A stretch of 64,000 nt of DNA from Desulfatiglandales bacterium (GTDB lineage Bacteria; Desulfobacterota; DSM-4660; Desulfatiglandales; Desulfatiglandaceae), in contig OY759599.1 in the NCBI GenBank assembly GCA_963662465.1, positions 2,784,001 through 2,848,000 of the forward strand, given 5' to 3'. Position numbers and translations under genes: made by a program. Positions within the stretch are counted from its first letter, which is position 1, and each line of letters begins with the position of its first letter. The notes under the pieces are model-generated. The model saw only the letters and a list, made by a program, of their open reading frames with translations. It searched no databases and was not told the origin of the DNA. Shown here piece after piece: positions 50,887 to 62,446 of the stretch.

Positions 50887-51356
50887 ATAGAATATTTCCT
50901 CTTAACAACACCTTCAAGAATCGCCATGACTGGATCGTGGATTCGTGGGTCCTTGCTGGCGCGGGGGCCAGCCACATTTAGAACTGCAATTTCATGTTTA
51001 TAAATCCATACGGTGATAGTTTGAAGCGCTTCTGTTTTCTCTACCTTATCCAGATGAATATGGAAGTACGGTTTCTGATGTTGCTTCGCCAGTTTCCGTG
51101 TCAAAGCCGACCCGCCTGTCAGTTTCCCACGGGAAAAGACCAGGGTACCATCGGAATCCATGATATTTTTTTCTGTCCTCTTGGGATAACTGGCCGTCGG
51201 CATTTCATCCAAGTGATATTTGTCCGGCAGGATGCCGCCTTCCGTCTTCCGGCCCTTCGGAATCCAAACACCGTGGGGGATACCATGTTCAATGGCGAAA
51301 TCAAGAGCCGCTTGGTCGGCACCGGTCTGGCCGCCTGAGATGATTTTCTTGATCAT
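50883..51356 (-). CDS. Putative molybdenum carrier / SLOG-superfamily protein
   Basis: KIISGGQTGADQAALD, RTEKNIMDSDGTL, LNVAGPRAS. Confidence 0.88.
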   Translation of the reverse strand: MIKKIISGGQTGADQAALDFAIEHGIPHGVWIPKGRKTEGGILPDKYHLDEMPTASYPKRTEKNIMDSDGTLVFSRGKLTGGSALTRKLAKQHQKPYFHIHLDKVEKTEALQTITVWIYKHEIAVLNVAGPRASKDPRIHDPVMAILEGVVKRKYSI

Positions 51357-51435
51357 AATGGATAAAATTACTTTATGTTGTGAGGAAACTCAAGGGTTTG
51401 ATTTGGGCATTTTGTCTTCTGAAAGGATATCAACC

Positions 51436-53233
51436 CAGCAATTCCCGCTTAGATTCTAAAGGCGCTAGGACAGTACCTTTTGGCATTTCCTTTTCGTAAA
51501 GCTTTACGTTGAATGAATAGCCTGAAAAGGCTTTTTTCTCCAATTTTTAAAATAAAACAGGAATTTTTTTGGCAATTCTCAGAAAAAGCTGGACTTTCAG
51601 ATCAACTTGGCCGATGATTACTGCCTATGGGAATCAGAAGCCAAAAAGGAAGAAAAGAGAGAGGCAAGATTGGAGTTCGCAAGCATCTTAATGCAGATGC
51701 AATTTTCAAGCGTCTGCATAAAGATTTTTCTGAAGTCTCTGACTGCCGTGAGGATCCCGATATTACTATTGCGGATGCCTTGATGTCCGGGTTTGCAATG
51801 TTTTCGCTCAAGGAGCCATCGTTGCTTGCCTTTGATGAAAGAAGAAAAACCGATAGTAATCTTGGGAACATATACCATATTGGAAAGATCCCATGTGACA
51901 GTACGATGCGCACCATTCTTGATGAAGTGCTCGCAGAAGAACTTCGGAAACCGTATAGGAATATCTTCTGGGAACTGCAAAGGGGAAAGGTGCTTGAACG
52001 TATGGTATTTTTCGAAGGTTGTTATCTTCTATCTTTGGATGGAACGGGTTTCTTCTCATCGAAGAAACTTTCCTCTGATAGTTGTTTGGTAAAAGTATCG
52101 AAAAAAACCGGCGAAAAAACCTATTATCAGCAGATGTTGGGGGCAGCAATTGTCCATCCGGATTTCAAAGAGGTCATTCCGCTTGCTCCGGAATTCATAG
52201 TCAAGCAGGATGGCCAAAGCAAGAACGACTGTGAGCGTAATGCCGCGAAACGTTTCTTGCAAAAGCTAAAAGAGGAGCATCCCCATCTGCCTATCATTAT
52301 AACAGAGGACGCGTTAAGTTCGAATGCACCCCACATTGAAGAAATACAAAAGCAAAATTTTCATTATATTCTGGGAGTTAAAAAAGGAGATCACCATTTC
52401 TTGTTTAATCACGTCGAACAAGCGCGGATAAATGGTGACGTCACTGAATTCGAATTGGTCGATAAAGAGGATCCGGAAAAAATACATCGTTTCCGATTTA
52501 TTAACCAGGTACCTCTCAATGCCTCTAACAAGAATATGCTGGTTAACTTTCTGGAATATTGGGAAATTATACCGAAAAAAACAAAACATTTTAGTTGGGT
52601 GACAGATTTTTTAATAGGAAAGGACAATGCATACCAGCTAATGCGAGGCGGCCGTGCGAGATGGAAGATCGAAAATGAAACCTTCAATACTCTTAAGAAC
52701 CAAGGATATCATTTTGAACACAACTACGGGCTCGGCAAGAAGAATCTGAGTGTTGTTTTTGCGATGCTCATGATGCTGGCATTCTTGGTGGATCAAACTC
52801 AACAGCTTTGTTGCCCTCTATTTATAGCCGCATGGCATAAACTCGGCTCAAAAAGGGAATTGTGGGAACGGATGAGAGCTTTGTTTAGAGATTTTGAATT
52901 CAAATCGATGAGGATGCTCTATGAAGCCCTCTATTATGGCGTAAAGTTTCAAGCGCCAGTTATTCTATATAACAGTGGTTAAATTTGTCATGCCCAAGTT
53001 CGCATACAAAAATGCTCTCATTAATAAAAAACTGGAGATTCCGGAAATGGATATCTCTGCCCTAACTCGTGCTTTTATGCTCTTACTCTTGTCAAAGAAG
53101 CTCAACCTGCAAGAAATCGAGGGAGGTAATAGTGGATTTAATACAATTTTTCTGAAAAGGATCTGATCTCAGGGTTTGTTTTTGAAATATGTTTTTCAAA
53201 CTCTGTGAGTAAATTCTTGACCGGGAATTGCTG
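51436..53233 (+). mobile_element. Insertion sequence (DDE type) with 12-bp perfect terminal inverted repeats
   Basis: CAGCAATTCCCG at 51436 and CGGGAATTGCTG ending at 53233 enclose the transposase; no target duplication seen. Confidence 0.85.
51627..52982 (+). CDS. DDE transposase
   Basis: SLDGTG, TEDAL, GRARWKIENETFNTLKNQGY. Confidence 0.92.
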   Translation: MGIRSQKGRKERGKIGVRKHLNADAIFKRLHKDFSEVSDCREDPDITIADALMSGFAMFSLKEPSLLAFDERRKTDSNLGNIYHIGKIPCDSTMRTILDEVLAEELRKPYRNIFWELQRGKVLERMVFFEGCYLLSLDGTGFFSSKKLSSDSCLVKVSKKTGEKTYYQQMLGAAIVHPDFKEVIPLAPEFIVKQDGQSKNDCERNAAKRFLQKLKEEHPHLPIIITEDALSSNAPHIEEIQKQNFHYILGVKKGDHHFLFNHVEQARINGDVTEFELVDKEDPEKIHRFRFINQVPLNASNKNMLVNFLEYWEIIPKKTKHFSWVTDFLIGKDNAYQLMRGGRARWKIENETFNTLKNQGYHFEHNYGLGKKNLSVVFAMLMMLAFLVDQTQQLCCPLFIAAWHKLGSKRELWERMRALFRDFEFKSMRMLYEALYYGVKFQAPVILYNSG

Positions 53234-53330
53234 TTCCTGGACAGCTCTTGACCACTTCCTGAATCAAGGAAACGTCTTGGGGGGCAAACTCACGCCCACA
53301 AAATCGGTGATTGTCTCTTGCTCTGTTCAT
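53234..53330 (-). pseudogene. N-terminal stub of a DUF4338-like gene cut by the IS
   Basis: GGAGG RBS + MNRARDNHRFCGREFAPQDVSLIQEVVKSCPG ending at the IS right end. Confidence 0.55.
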
Positions 53331-53542
53331 GGTGTTCCTCCCTCACCATTCTCATATAGCAAGAAACTGAAAGAAGCGTCAGAAAAAAATGACAGCCAAC
53401 AAAAAAACTTTCTTCACTTTTCCACCATCCACTGTCCACGGACGCGAAAACCCGGACATAGCTTTTTACTGAGATGTTATTCTCGAAAAAAACCTCAGCA
53501 ACTTGGTCAGCAGATCACCTAACATGCCATTATTTATCGCTT

Positions 53543-54091
53543 TTATGCGTGATTCAAAAGAGCCGCACCCATATGCAAATGCGGATTATAATGACCAGAT
53601 CGACCATGCGTTTGAACAACAACGATCGTTCCTATTTTCAGTTTCCGCCGAAGAACCGTTCCGACGACATCTTCCGAACATTCGTACCCGCATCTCATAA
53701 AAGCCGATAACAAGCGTCCATCATTTCGAGCCTTATAGAAAACAATTCTCAGTTGCTCGGGAATTGTCAAAACAATATGACGATAATTCATGCCCCCATG
53801 AAGCACCCCACTCACTTGACTGACAAAATCGTCAACATATTTCTTGGCGCAGGATAAACAAAAACACCTCTTGCAACTAAACCCTATCCAACGAACATCA
53901 CCACCACAATAAACACACCGGTGCTCGCTATATCCAGAGCTTTCCTTGCCGCAATCCAGCATCTTCTGAACCGGATCCTCATACTGCGAAGTATCATACC
54001 CTGGATGAAGACGTTTGAATGACTCCCAATGATCGATAAAAATCGTTCGGAAAGTTTCCTTATCAATTTTTTGGCTTGATGGTATATGCAT
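53543..54091 (-). pseudogene. IS91-family transposase, N-terminal part only
   Basis: Zn-binding CG..CVYC..FSCKRCFCLSC, RHIVLTIP, HUH NPHLH; stops just after the HUH motif. Confidence 0.82.
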
Positions 54092-54264
54092 AATGTGTCC
54101 TTTTTTGACACATTTGATGCCATTATTGCAACAAGTATTTGATATGCTGGATCAAAAATGGAAATTCCTATGCTTTAAATTTAACCAATAGGATATGTTG
54201 AGGTCAATTCATTTTTCATTAACCTTCAAAAAACGGGAGGTGCACTATGGAACTATTGGAGGCC

Positions 54265-54490
54265 ACGATTTTTTACTGAGAAAAATGTTCAAAGCGAAAC
54301 CCACCGTCTCGTGGGAAATCATCGAGAAAGATGTCATTGACGAAATCATTTTCAGAACAGACAAACAGAGAAATCGTTTGATGCTCGAATTGATGGCCCG
54401 TGGCGGCATGCGCGTTGGTGAGGTGTTGAAATTGACACCGGCCGATGTTAATGACCGAAGGCTGGTTCTCAGGAATCCCAAAAGCGGCAT
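54265..54490 (+). pseudogene. Tyrosine recombinase internal fragment
   Basis: RLMLELMARGGMRVGEVLKL..PKSG. Confidence 0.75.
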
Positions 54491-54786
54491 CGCTCTGGAG
54501 GCTGTGAGAAATAGCAGCGATTGCAGATTAACAGTCAGAATCAACATTTCTGCATTTAATTAAATGAAAATACTTAAAATATAAATGGAGTAAGTCTGAT
54601 TTTTAAAAGTTTGACAAGTTTATATTTAATTGTTTAGAATGTGTTTTTCATATATTCCCTTGACACCAAATAAAGATATCGCCTATATTTGCTCACCCAA
54701 AAAATGCTCCTTTGTTTACAGCGTCAAGGACGCTTTCTGGTCTATTCTATGACTATGCAACAGCTATAAATCCCTGGAGGATTACC

Positions 54787-56256
54787 GTGAATCGAATTTT
54801 TCGTAACATTTTTTTGTGTTGTTGCCTCTCCTTTTTGTTTGCCTGCAGTGACTCATCCGATACCCCAACCAAGCCGTTCCAGCTGCAGCCGGCGGGCGAT
54901 TATACTCAAATGACCTGGGGTGAAGCTTTCGACGCTTTGCATACTCAGTTTTCGGCAGCGTATGCGTTTACCGAGTGGAAAGGAATAGATTGGGAAGCCA
55001 TGAAGGCCGTGACGAGGCCAAAAATCGTCATGGCGGAAGCCGACGGTGACGAGATCGCATTCGCCACGGCACTTAGGGAATACATCTTCTTCGTGCCCGA
55101 CGGCCATGTATCAATGTCGGGCGGGGAGATCGTCGATCTGCTCACCACGAAAAATGAGTGCAGCTTCGGTATGGCTATCATGGGACTCGATGATGGGAGG
55201 GTTGTAGCATATGTCGTGACCGAAGGTGGCCCTGCGGCAGAAGCCGGAATAGAGGTGGGCGACGAGATAGTTTTGTGGGACAGCCTCCCCATAACGGAAG
55301 CTCTGACGGCCCAATCGATATTATGGACATATTCACTCAATCCGCCGGCTACCAATGAGCACAGGTTGCTCAAGCAATATCAGAAGCTCGTGATCAGACC
55401 AGAGGGCTCGCAGTCGGCGGTGACATTCAGGAAGGATGGGGGTGGAGACGATCAGACGGTAACGCTGACGACGACAGACGATGGAGGGGAAATTCTTAAG
55501 AAGAGCTCCCTGTGGAAAAAAGCGGACATTGACAATCTGGTTCACCACCGTCTGCTACCATCTGGATACGGATATCTCTTTCTCGGAGCACTCTTGGATG
55601 TTGTGGCGTATCAGGAGGGTCTTGATCCCCTCACGCCCATCTACGATAAGTTCAAGGAGGCGATAGAGTTCTTCACGGATCACGGCGTGCCGGGAGTCAT
55701 TGTCGATCTTCGCGCAAACATGGGAGGATCCGACTCCCTGGCGGCCGAACTCTCTGGTTTCTTCTATCAATCGCCTACTTTCTACGAATACCAGAACTTC
55801 TACAACGATATCACTGGTAAATTCGAAAACGTTCTCCTCGACGACGAAAATGAGATCATAGGCAGGAATGCAGCACTGAATATTTCTCCCCAAACGCCAC
55901 CCTACGAAGGACCGGTGATTGTGATAGTCAACCCCCTCACGATAAGTTCGGGTGAAGGCGTTGCCATGGCGATCCAAAATCTCCCCCAGGGGCAAGTCTT
56001 GGGTTTCTGGGGAACCAACGGTTCGTTTGGGATGACGGGCGGGGAAGCTACCATGCCGGGGGACTATAAGATACACTTTCCCTATGGACAGTCGCTCAAT
56101 TCGAACGAAACGGTTCAGCTCGATAGTCGCAACGGAGTGGGTGGTGTACACCCCGACATAGCCGTCCCGAAGATTTTGGGAAACATGGTAGCCTATTCAA
56201 ATGGCGAGGACGTGGAACTCGACTACGCCGTTCGGACCCTTCAAGACCAGGAGTAA
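54787..56256 (+). CDS. S41 family peptidase, lipoprotein
   Basis: GGAGG-GTG start, lipobox LFAC, PDZ-like GPAAEAGIEVGD, DLRANMGG, TISSGE, GVHPDI. Confidence 0.88.
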   Translation: MNRIFRNIFLCCCLSFLFACSDSSDTPTKPFQLQPAGDYTQMTWGEAFDALHTQFSAAYAFTEWKGIDWEAMKAVTRPKIVMAEADGDEIAFATALREYIFFVPDGHVSMSGGEIVDLLTTKNECSFGMAIMGLDDGRVVAYVVTEGGPAAEAGIEVGDEIVLWDSLPITEALTAQSILWTYSLNPPATNEHRLLKQYQKLVIRPEGSQSAVTFRKDGGGDDQTVTLTTTDDGGEILKKSSLWKKADIDNLVHHRLLPSGYGYLFLGALLDVVAYQEGLDPLTPIYDKFKEAIEFFTDHGVPGVIVDLRANMGGSDSLAAELSGFFYQSPTFYEYQNFYNDITGKFENVLLDDENEIIGRNAALNISPQTPPYEGPVIVIVNPLTISSGEGVAMAIQNLPQGQVLGFWGTNGSFGMTGGEATMPGDYKIHFPYGQSLNSNETVQLDSRNGVGGVHPDIAVPKILGNMVAYSNGEDVELDYAVRTLQDQE

Positions 56257-56460
56257 GAAATTCCGCTAAAAGTTTTTGGATTCCGACTCAAAGGCGAAAT
56301 CCTGACTTATCAATATGTATTCTCAATTCACGTTTTCTCGCAGGAACGTGCGGATGGCGAGGGTCGGCAGGTGGATCTTTGGCTTCAATCTTAGAAAAAA
56401 GTGGTTAATGTCCTCATTCTCAAATGCACAAGGACCCCAAGGTGCCGTTTATTACTGCGA

Positions 56461-57735
56461 TTACGGCTGGAGTGAAATAAATGAGTAGGCATAGCAGCTG
56501 AATTCCGATGCTTCATAGAACAGGCCGATATAGTTGTACATCGGATCCAGAAAGTCATTATATGTTATCGACTTGTCAAACTTGATGGTTTTTAAAGATA
56601 ACGTGCTATATCCAGAAGGAAGAAAAGCTGCTAACGTTTCAGGAAGTTCTGGAAAGATAAGGCTGGTGGCTGTAGCTGGTGCTGTCAGGCAGTAATAAAA
56701 GAAAGCCTTCTCTGGTTCCCGGCAACTATAATTGATGAAAACCTTTTGAGCAGTTGACAGAGAATCATTATTTGTTCAGGAAATAATCGGCCTGCTGATT
56801 GCACCTTGATTGTAAGTGAATTCACTGGGCAGGGCAGGAACCGAACTGAAATCGTAAACTTGATCAGATGCGTCTTGTACATAGCGATCAAAACCTACCT
56901 TTCCGTCGGAGTTCCCGTCACTATCTTGGTCCAGCGTTAACGAGACCCCGAACTCGTTGCTGTCGCTGAAGCTGTCAAATGAATACGTGCTTATTGTGGC
57001 AGGTACAGGCGCCGTATTTCCCACAAAGTTATATGGCAGATTGGTTGCACTATGCTTGCGAAGCAGGGAGGCAAAGGCTGAGTATGACACTGTGTCTAAC
57101 GGAACATTGACTAAAGAATGGGTAAGTTGGACCAGATCAGTACGGTCAACGACAATATCGATCACACTACCGTCGACAACAGATTGGTCAAGCGCGACCC
57201 CATAGCCCTTGATATTATCTTCATTATCGTAACCTGTGGCAAAAACCGAAATGTTGCCATCATCCTGGAGTCCATAGACATCCATGGTTAGGTCTGTACC
57301 ACTGTAAGTTATTGGGCCGAGTGTAACTTCGCTATAGTTGATCCCTTCGAACTCATAGGTGACATGAATATCAACTTCACGCTGAGTATTCTGTCCACAG
57401 GTCCCCAGCATTAGGGTGACACCTGAAACATTAACATCGTAGATGGTTTCAAGAAAATAATAAGTTGTCTTATAGGAAGAATTATAACAACTGAAGGCGG
57501 CGGTTACAGTAGCGTTTTACGGTAATGAGCTAAAATGTGCCTCGCCAATTTCATCGGTAGTTACATAAGATATCAAGTCACCAGACCGGTTTCCGATAAC
57601 GACAGTGGCGTTTTCAATCCCTTCGCCATATCCATCGATAACTTTGACGGCCACACGGTTGGTTTGCGGATCCTCACCACTGCATCCAGCGATGGCAATT
57701 ATACAGCAAATAGTAAAAAACTGATATAGTCTCAT
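56461..57735 (-). pseudogene. Degraded lipoprotein gene
   Basis: Lipobox IAGC; in-frame stops at 57517 and 56776, then a frameshift; the segments read as one continuous protein. Confidence 0.65.
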
Positions 57736-58456
57736 AGTGATACCCTCCGAAACCCCAAATATATTAGGCATGACTGTCTTTAATTCTGAATCCTGGAGTT
57801 TGGGAGCATTTTACTTATCTTTCGCTTTGGGATTCATGCAAATGTATGGCAAATCTTCTTGTATTCTTGCATGCTTCTTGAGTCCTGCCATAATCGAACA
57901 TACCATTGGCATGTTTAATTGTAAACTATCAAGGCATCCGGCCGGAGTGTAGAAAGCCGGATACCATATATTGTATGGCGCTTTTCAGCCGTCAAGAATG
58001 GAATATGCAGCATGATGGCTGCCGCCGTAAAAGTTTTCGTCGTGCTTTTCGCTCAAGGTGAGAAAAAGGTCATGCCCCAGGGAATTTGCGCAACAAGCTG
58101 TTGCGCATTTCAGTGACAATTCCCACATATCGTATGTGTTTTCAACGCCCGACAGTAGTGGTCCTCGCAGTTGACCGGTCCTTCCGTGTTGGAAAATCAT
58201 TCTGTCATATGCTTTCTCCTTGTCTGGTTTTTTTATTACCCGCCATAATGACGAATTCCCTTGACTCTATGTCTTTTTCATCTTTTCATGAAACAGTAGG
58301 ATATTACCGATATATTAATGCCTTATTCCTTCACTTTTGTCAGAAAAGCAAGATTTGTTTTGCCGAACCGGATTTATACTGGTTTTTTGGGAATTCAGGA
58401 TGCAGAATTCAACACCGCCTTGCCGTTTTAATGCGGGAACTGATGGAGAAAAAAAC

Positions 58457-60013
58457 ATGGTTGGAGAAAAACGCATGACCCGCTTCGAATTGACCCGGAC
58501 CAGGAATGCTCTTCTGTTTTCAAATCTTATCGCCAATCTTATCGGAGTTTCCATTGTTACTTTCCGAACATCGGGCCCTTTTTCTCCAATCACGGAAGAG
58601 CTTTCCCATCTGATTCGGGTTCCCCATACCATCTTCATGTTTTTGGCCTTTTTCGTCCCGGTTGTTTTGACAATCCTCTATGAAAGACCTATTCGAAATT
58701 ACCTTGGAAGAATCTACAAAGAGAAACCGATTCCGGATGAACTCGTCCTGGAAGCGCGACGAAAACTCTTGAATGAACCATTTTTTCTCATTGCTCTTGA
58801 TCTGGGCATCTGGTTCTTTGCAGCAGCCTTTTTCCCTTTTCTTTTCTGGATATTGGACGCGGGAGTTGATGTCATAAGACAGTCTTTTTTCGCGAGCTTC
58901 TACACAGGCCTGATCACGACCACTGCGGCCTTCTTCGTTTTTGAATTTGTTATGCAACGCCGCGTCATCCCGGTTTTCTTTCCGGAAGGCGGGCTCCACA
59001 AAATGCTGGGAACCATTCGAATTCGTATTCGCACGCGGTTGATCGCTCTTCTTTTTGCGTGCAATCTGATTCCTCTCATTTCGATTCTGCTGGAACTGTA
59101 CCATCTCCCCCAGGCAAATGATGACCCGGCACTTGTATTGAGCCATTTGCATTCCAGTCTTGTCAGTCTGGTGTTTCTTTTCATGGCAGTGGGCCTCTGG
59201 CTCAGTTTCCTGGTCAGCAGCAACTTCACCCGCCCGCTTCAACAGATTATCGAGGTACTGAGGCGTGTGCGCAATGGGGATTTTGAAGGAAAGGTGGCCG
59301 TTGTGTCCAATGACGAGATCGGGTATACAGGAGACGCCATTAATGAGATGACGGAAGGCCTCAAGGAACGTGACTTCGTCAAAGATACATTCGGAAAATA
59401 TGTGACACGGGAAATTCGCGATGAGATCCTCTCGGGCAAAATTTCACTGGACGGGGAAGTTAAGGAGGTAACAATGCTCTTTGCTGACCTTCGGAATTTT
59501 ACTTCAATGGTGGAAATGATGGAACCGAAAATGGTGGTAGAAACCATTAACAGTTATTTTAAAGAGATGGAGGAAGCAATTCGAGCTCATTACGGTCTGG
59601 TTGTACAGTATATTGGAGACGAAATTGAAGCTGTTTTCGGGGCGCCTCTGTTTCGAGAAGACCACCCTGAACTCGCTGTGCGGGCGGCACTGGAAATGAG
59701 GGAGCGGATGCATATCGTAAACCGGGGTCTTGAAAAAAAAGGTCAACTGCCGCTGGCTCATGGGATCGGTATTCACACGGGAGAGGTACTCGCCGCCAAC
59801 ATCGGGAGCCCGAATCGACTCTCCTATGCACTGGTGGGAGATACGGTAAACACGGCGTCCAGACTGCAGGGCCTGAACAAGGAATTTGGCACGGAAATCA
59901 TTATAAGCCAAGCTACCAGAAAGCTTCTGAAGGGGAAATATGACCTGGAAGTCCTGCCCGCCACCCGACTCAAAGGGAAAAAGGATCCCATGGAAATCTA
60001 TTTACTAAAATAA
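58457..60013 (+). CDS. Membrane-bound class III adenylate/guanylate cyclase with HAMP domain
   Basis: Multiple TM helices, HAMP NDEIG, LFADLRNFT, GDEI, GIHTGEV, GDTVNTASRL. Confidence 0.92.
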   Translation: MVGEKRMTRFELTRTRNALLFSNLIANLIGVSIVTFRTSGPFSPITEELSHLIRVPHTIFMFLAFFVPVVLTILYERPIRNYLGRIYKEKPIPDELVLEARRKLLNEPFFLIALDLGIWFFAAAFFPFLFWILDAGVDVIRQSFFASFYTGLITTTAAFFVFEFVMQRRVIPVFFPEGGLHKMLGTIRIRIRTRLIALLFACNLIPLISILLELYHLPQANDDPALVLSHLHSSLVSLVFLFMAVGLWLSFLVSSNFTRPLQQIIEVLRRVRNGDFEGKVAVVSNDEIGYTGDAINEMTEGLKERDFVKDTFGKYVTREIRDEILSGKISLDGEVKEVTMLFADLRNFTSMVEMMEPKMVVETINSYFKEMEEAIRAHYGLVVQYIGDEIEAVFGAPLFREDHPELAVRAALEMRERMHIVNRGLEKKGQLPLAHGIGIHTGEVLAANIGSPNRLSYALVGDTVNTASRLQGLNKEFGTEIIISQATRKLLKGKYDLEVLPATRLKGKKDPMEIYLLK

Positions 60014-60067
60014 TTCGCAAAACTACCCTTTCATCTTCCGGGTAGTTCTGCGATTCATTTCGCGGCC

Positions 60068-60290
60068 TCAAGGAGCGTCCTTCAGAACCATTTCCACCGC
60101 CGTTCTGAGCTTTTCCAGCTTCAGCGGTTTTTCCAGAAAATCCGACGCGCCCAGTCGCATCGCTTCCAGGACGTGCGCCTTTTCCCCAAAACCAGTGACC
60201 ATAATGGCTTTGCAGGAAGGATCGATATCGCGGACCTTTTTCAGTAATTTCAGCCCATTCATACCAGGCATATTAATATCTGTAATCAGC
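60068..60290 (-). pseudogene. Response regulator receiver, C-terminal half
   Basis: LITDINMPGMNG..VTGFG..GASDFLEKP; N-terminus missing. Confidence 0.8.
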
Positions 60291-60764
60291 TTCAGAACGG
60301 AAGACACCAGAAACCGTCTCATGCTCGAACTTATGGGACGTGGTGGCATGAGAGTAGGAGAGGTTCTGAAGCTCACACATACTGACGTTGAAGCCAGAAA
60401 GATCTTTATCCGTGAGCCCAAAAGCGGAAAAGAAATGGAGGTTGTTTTTATCCCCAAAAAAGTAGCTGACAGACTCAAGGAGTACATCAGAGAGAAAAAG
60501 ATTCAACCTGATGAGAGAATTTTCCCCATAAGCTACTCCGCTGCGAGGATTGTTGTGATGAAAGCTGGTCAGGTTGTTGGTATCAGATTGAGGCCGCATG
60601 ACCTAAGAAGACATGCCGCAACTTTTGCCTTCCGGGCTGGAACCCCTTTGGAGATTGTCAGCAAGATTATCCTCCGCCATTCCAACCTGTCGACAACTCA
60701 AAGATACTTGGGTAAAGTCAGTGATATGGAAGCCATGAGATGGATTGACAATATTCACGGATAA
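60291..60764 (+). pseudogene. Tyrosine recombinase catalytic domain lacking its N-terminus
   Basis: GGMRVGE, PHDLRR, LRHSNLSTTQRY (R-H-R-H-Y). Confidence 0.85.
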
Positions 60765-61180
60765 ATGGAAAGAAAACCGGGTTGAGAGCCGAAGCGTCTC
60801 AGACCGAAGAGGTGAAGATTAGATCTGCCATCCTTTTCTATGCTTACACCAAAAAAAAGGTCCCAGGCAGGTGTTTTTCCAGACCTCCGAGCTCCCAGAA
60901 CTGGCAGAATATTCATATAGGTAATCTTCACTTCTGGATTAACAGCCTACGACGGCCGTGACCACAAGATGTGGGGGTCTCAAACACTTCCCGGAAGCGG
61001 TTTTCAAATATGGACCGGATGTAATATGTGGCTCATATCACAACGTCGTCTTTGGTTGTGGTACGCAGTAAACACAAGTTTAGCCAAGAACCAATGTACG
61101 TTAGATACCTCAGGAATTTTTCAAAATACAATTGTATCCACATAATATCCATCGGCCCCGAAATGATTACCCCGATAGGG

Positions 61181-62446
61181 CTACTCGGTCACCGAAATTG
61201 AAGGAATGCTCTCATCGGCGTCTACATCCAATCCAAGTGCCCTGGCCCGTTTTTTCCATTGCAGCCGAGCCTGAGCCTGCATATCTTCGACCCGATCCAT
61301 CTCATCGACGATCTCCACACCCAACAAAGTTTCGACAACATCTTCAGCCGTCACCAGCCCTTTGGTTCCACCGTACTCATCAACCACCAGGCCGATTTGC
61401 TGGCGTTGTTCGAGCAAGAATTCAAACAGGTGCGACAGGGGCATGGTATCAGGCACCGTTTTGATATCCCGCTTCAGTGTATCCAGTTTAACGTCGCCTC
61501 TATCGAGTGCCTTAGAATGCAGAAGATCGTCCCTGAGGATGAAACCGGTGATATGGTCCAAATCTTTTTCATAAAGCGGCAGGCGCGAAAATGTCACGGA
61601 AGGCCTGACATGCAGAGCCTCTGTGACCGTTATGTCCTGAGGCAGGCCGGAAATAACCGTCCGCGGCGTCATGATGTCTCTGGCCGTCAGGGAACTAAAC
61701 CGAAACAAATTCCGGATAATCCGCGATTCCCGTGGGTTGATTTTCCCGGCGTTCTCTCCGATATCAGCCATGGCGACAAATTCCTCAAGGCTGAATACGT
61801 GGCTGTTTTTGCCACGAGAAATAAAACGGGTCAGGGCTTCCGAGATTCTTATCAAGGGATAAAGCGCACATATCAAAGCTCGAACAAATCGCGCCGTGAG
61901 TGCGGCCAATGCTCGCCAGTAGACCGCGCCGATGGTTTTGGGGATGATTTCTGACAGAAACAGGATCATCAGGGTCATTATAGCGGAGAACAGGCCGAAC
62001 CAGGCGCTGCCGAACACCACCGTGGCTTTGGACCCTGAACCGATTGCTCCAACCGTATGGGCGATGGTATTCAGGGTCAAAATGGCGGCCAGTGACTGGT
62101 CCACATTATCCTGCTTTAATTGCTTCAGCAGGGCAGCGAGTTTGGGGTTTTTCTCTTGAAGCCCGGCGATATAGGAAGGGGTGATGCTCAAGAGAACCGC
62201 TTCGGCCACGCTGCAAAGAAAAGAAAAAACCAACGCCAGAAGGATGTAGGTGATCAGCGCCACCACGTCCCCCTGCGTATAGCCGCCATCCAACGGCCCG
62301 GTGGCCGCCATTCCCGCCCCAGCGGTACTTCCTGATGCAAAAGTGACGACCATGGCAACGATCACGAAACGGGCCCAATTTGAAAATAGCTTAGTCATTG
62401 TCGACATAAAACCTTCCGCAGTTTCAAAGTGTTCCCCCCAATTCAA
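61181..62446 (-). CDS. CNNM/DUF21 + CBS domain protein (CorC/HlyC family)
   Basis: FLCSVAEA, LSEIIPK, IMTPR, FSRLP, VDEYGG; start uncertain. Confidence 0.9.
   Translation of the reverse strand: MNWGEHFETAEGFMSTMTKLFSNWARFVIVAMVVTFASGSTAGAGMAATGPLDGGYTQGDVVALITYILLALVFSFLCSVAEAVLLSITPSYIAGLQEKNPKLAALLKQLKQDNVDQSLAAILTLNTIAHTVGAIGSGSKATVVFGSAWFGLFSAIMTLMILFLSEIIPKTIGAVYWRALAALTARFVRALICALYPLIRISEALTRFISRGKNSHVFSLEEFVAMADIGENAGKINPRESRIIRNLFRFSSLTARDIMTPRTVISGLPQDITVTEALHVRPSVTFSRLPLYEKDLDHITGFILRDDLLHSKALDRGDVKLDTLKRDIKTVPDTMPLSHLFEFLLEQRQQIGLVVDEYGGTKGLVTAEDVVETLLGVEIVDEMDRVEDMQAQARLQWKKRARALGLDVDADESIPSISVTE

Noticed and set aside
58020..58200. Palindrome TGCGCAACAAGCTGTTGCGCA with an AQQLVAQIPWG peptide on the minus strand (possible DUF1016 relic)
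   Set aside because: Too short and degenerate to support as a feature
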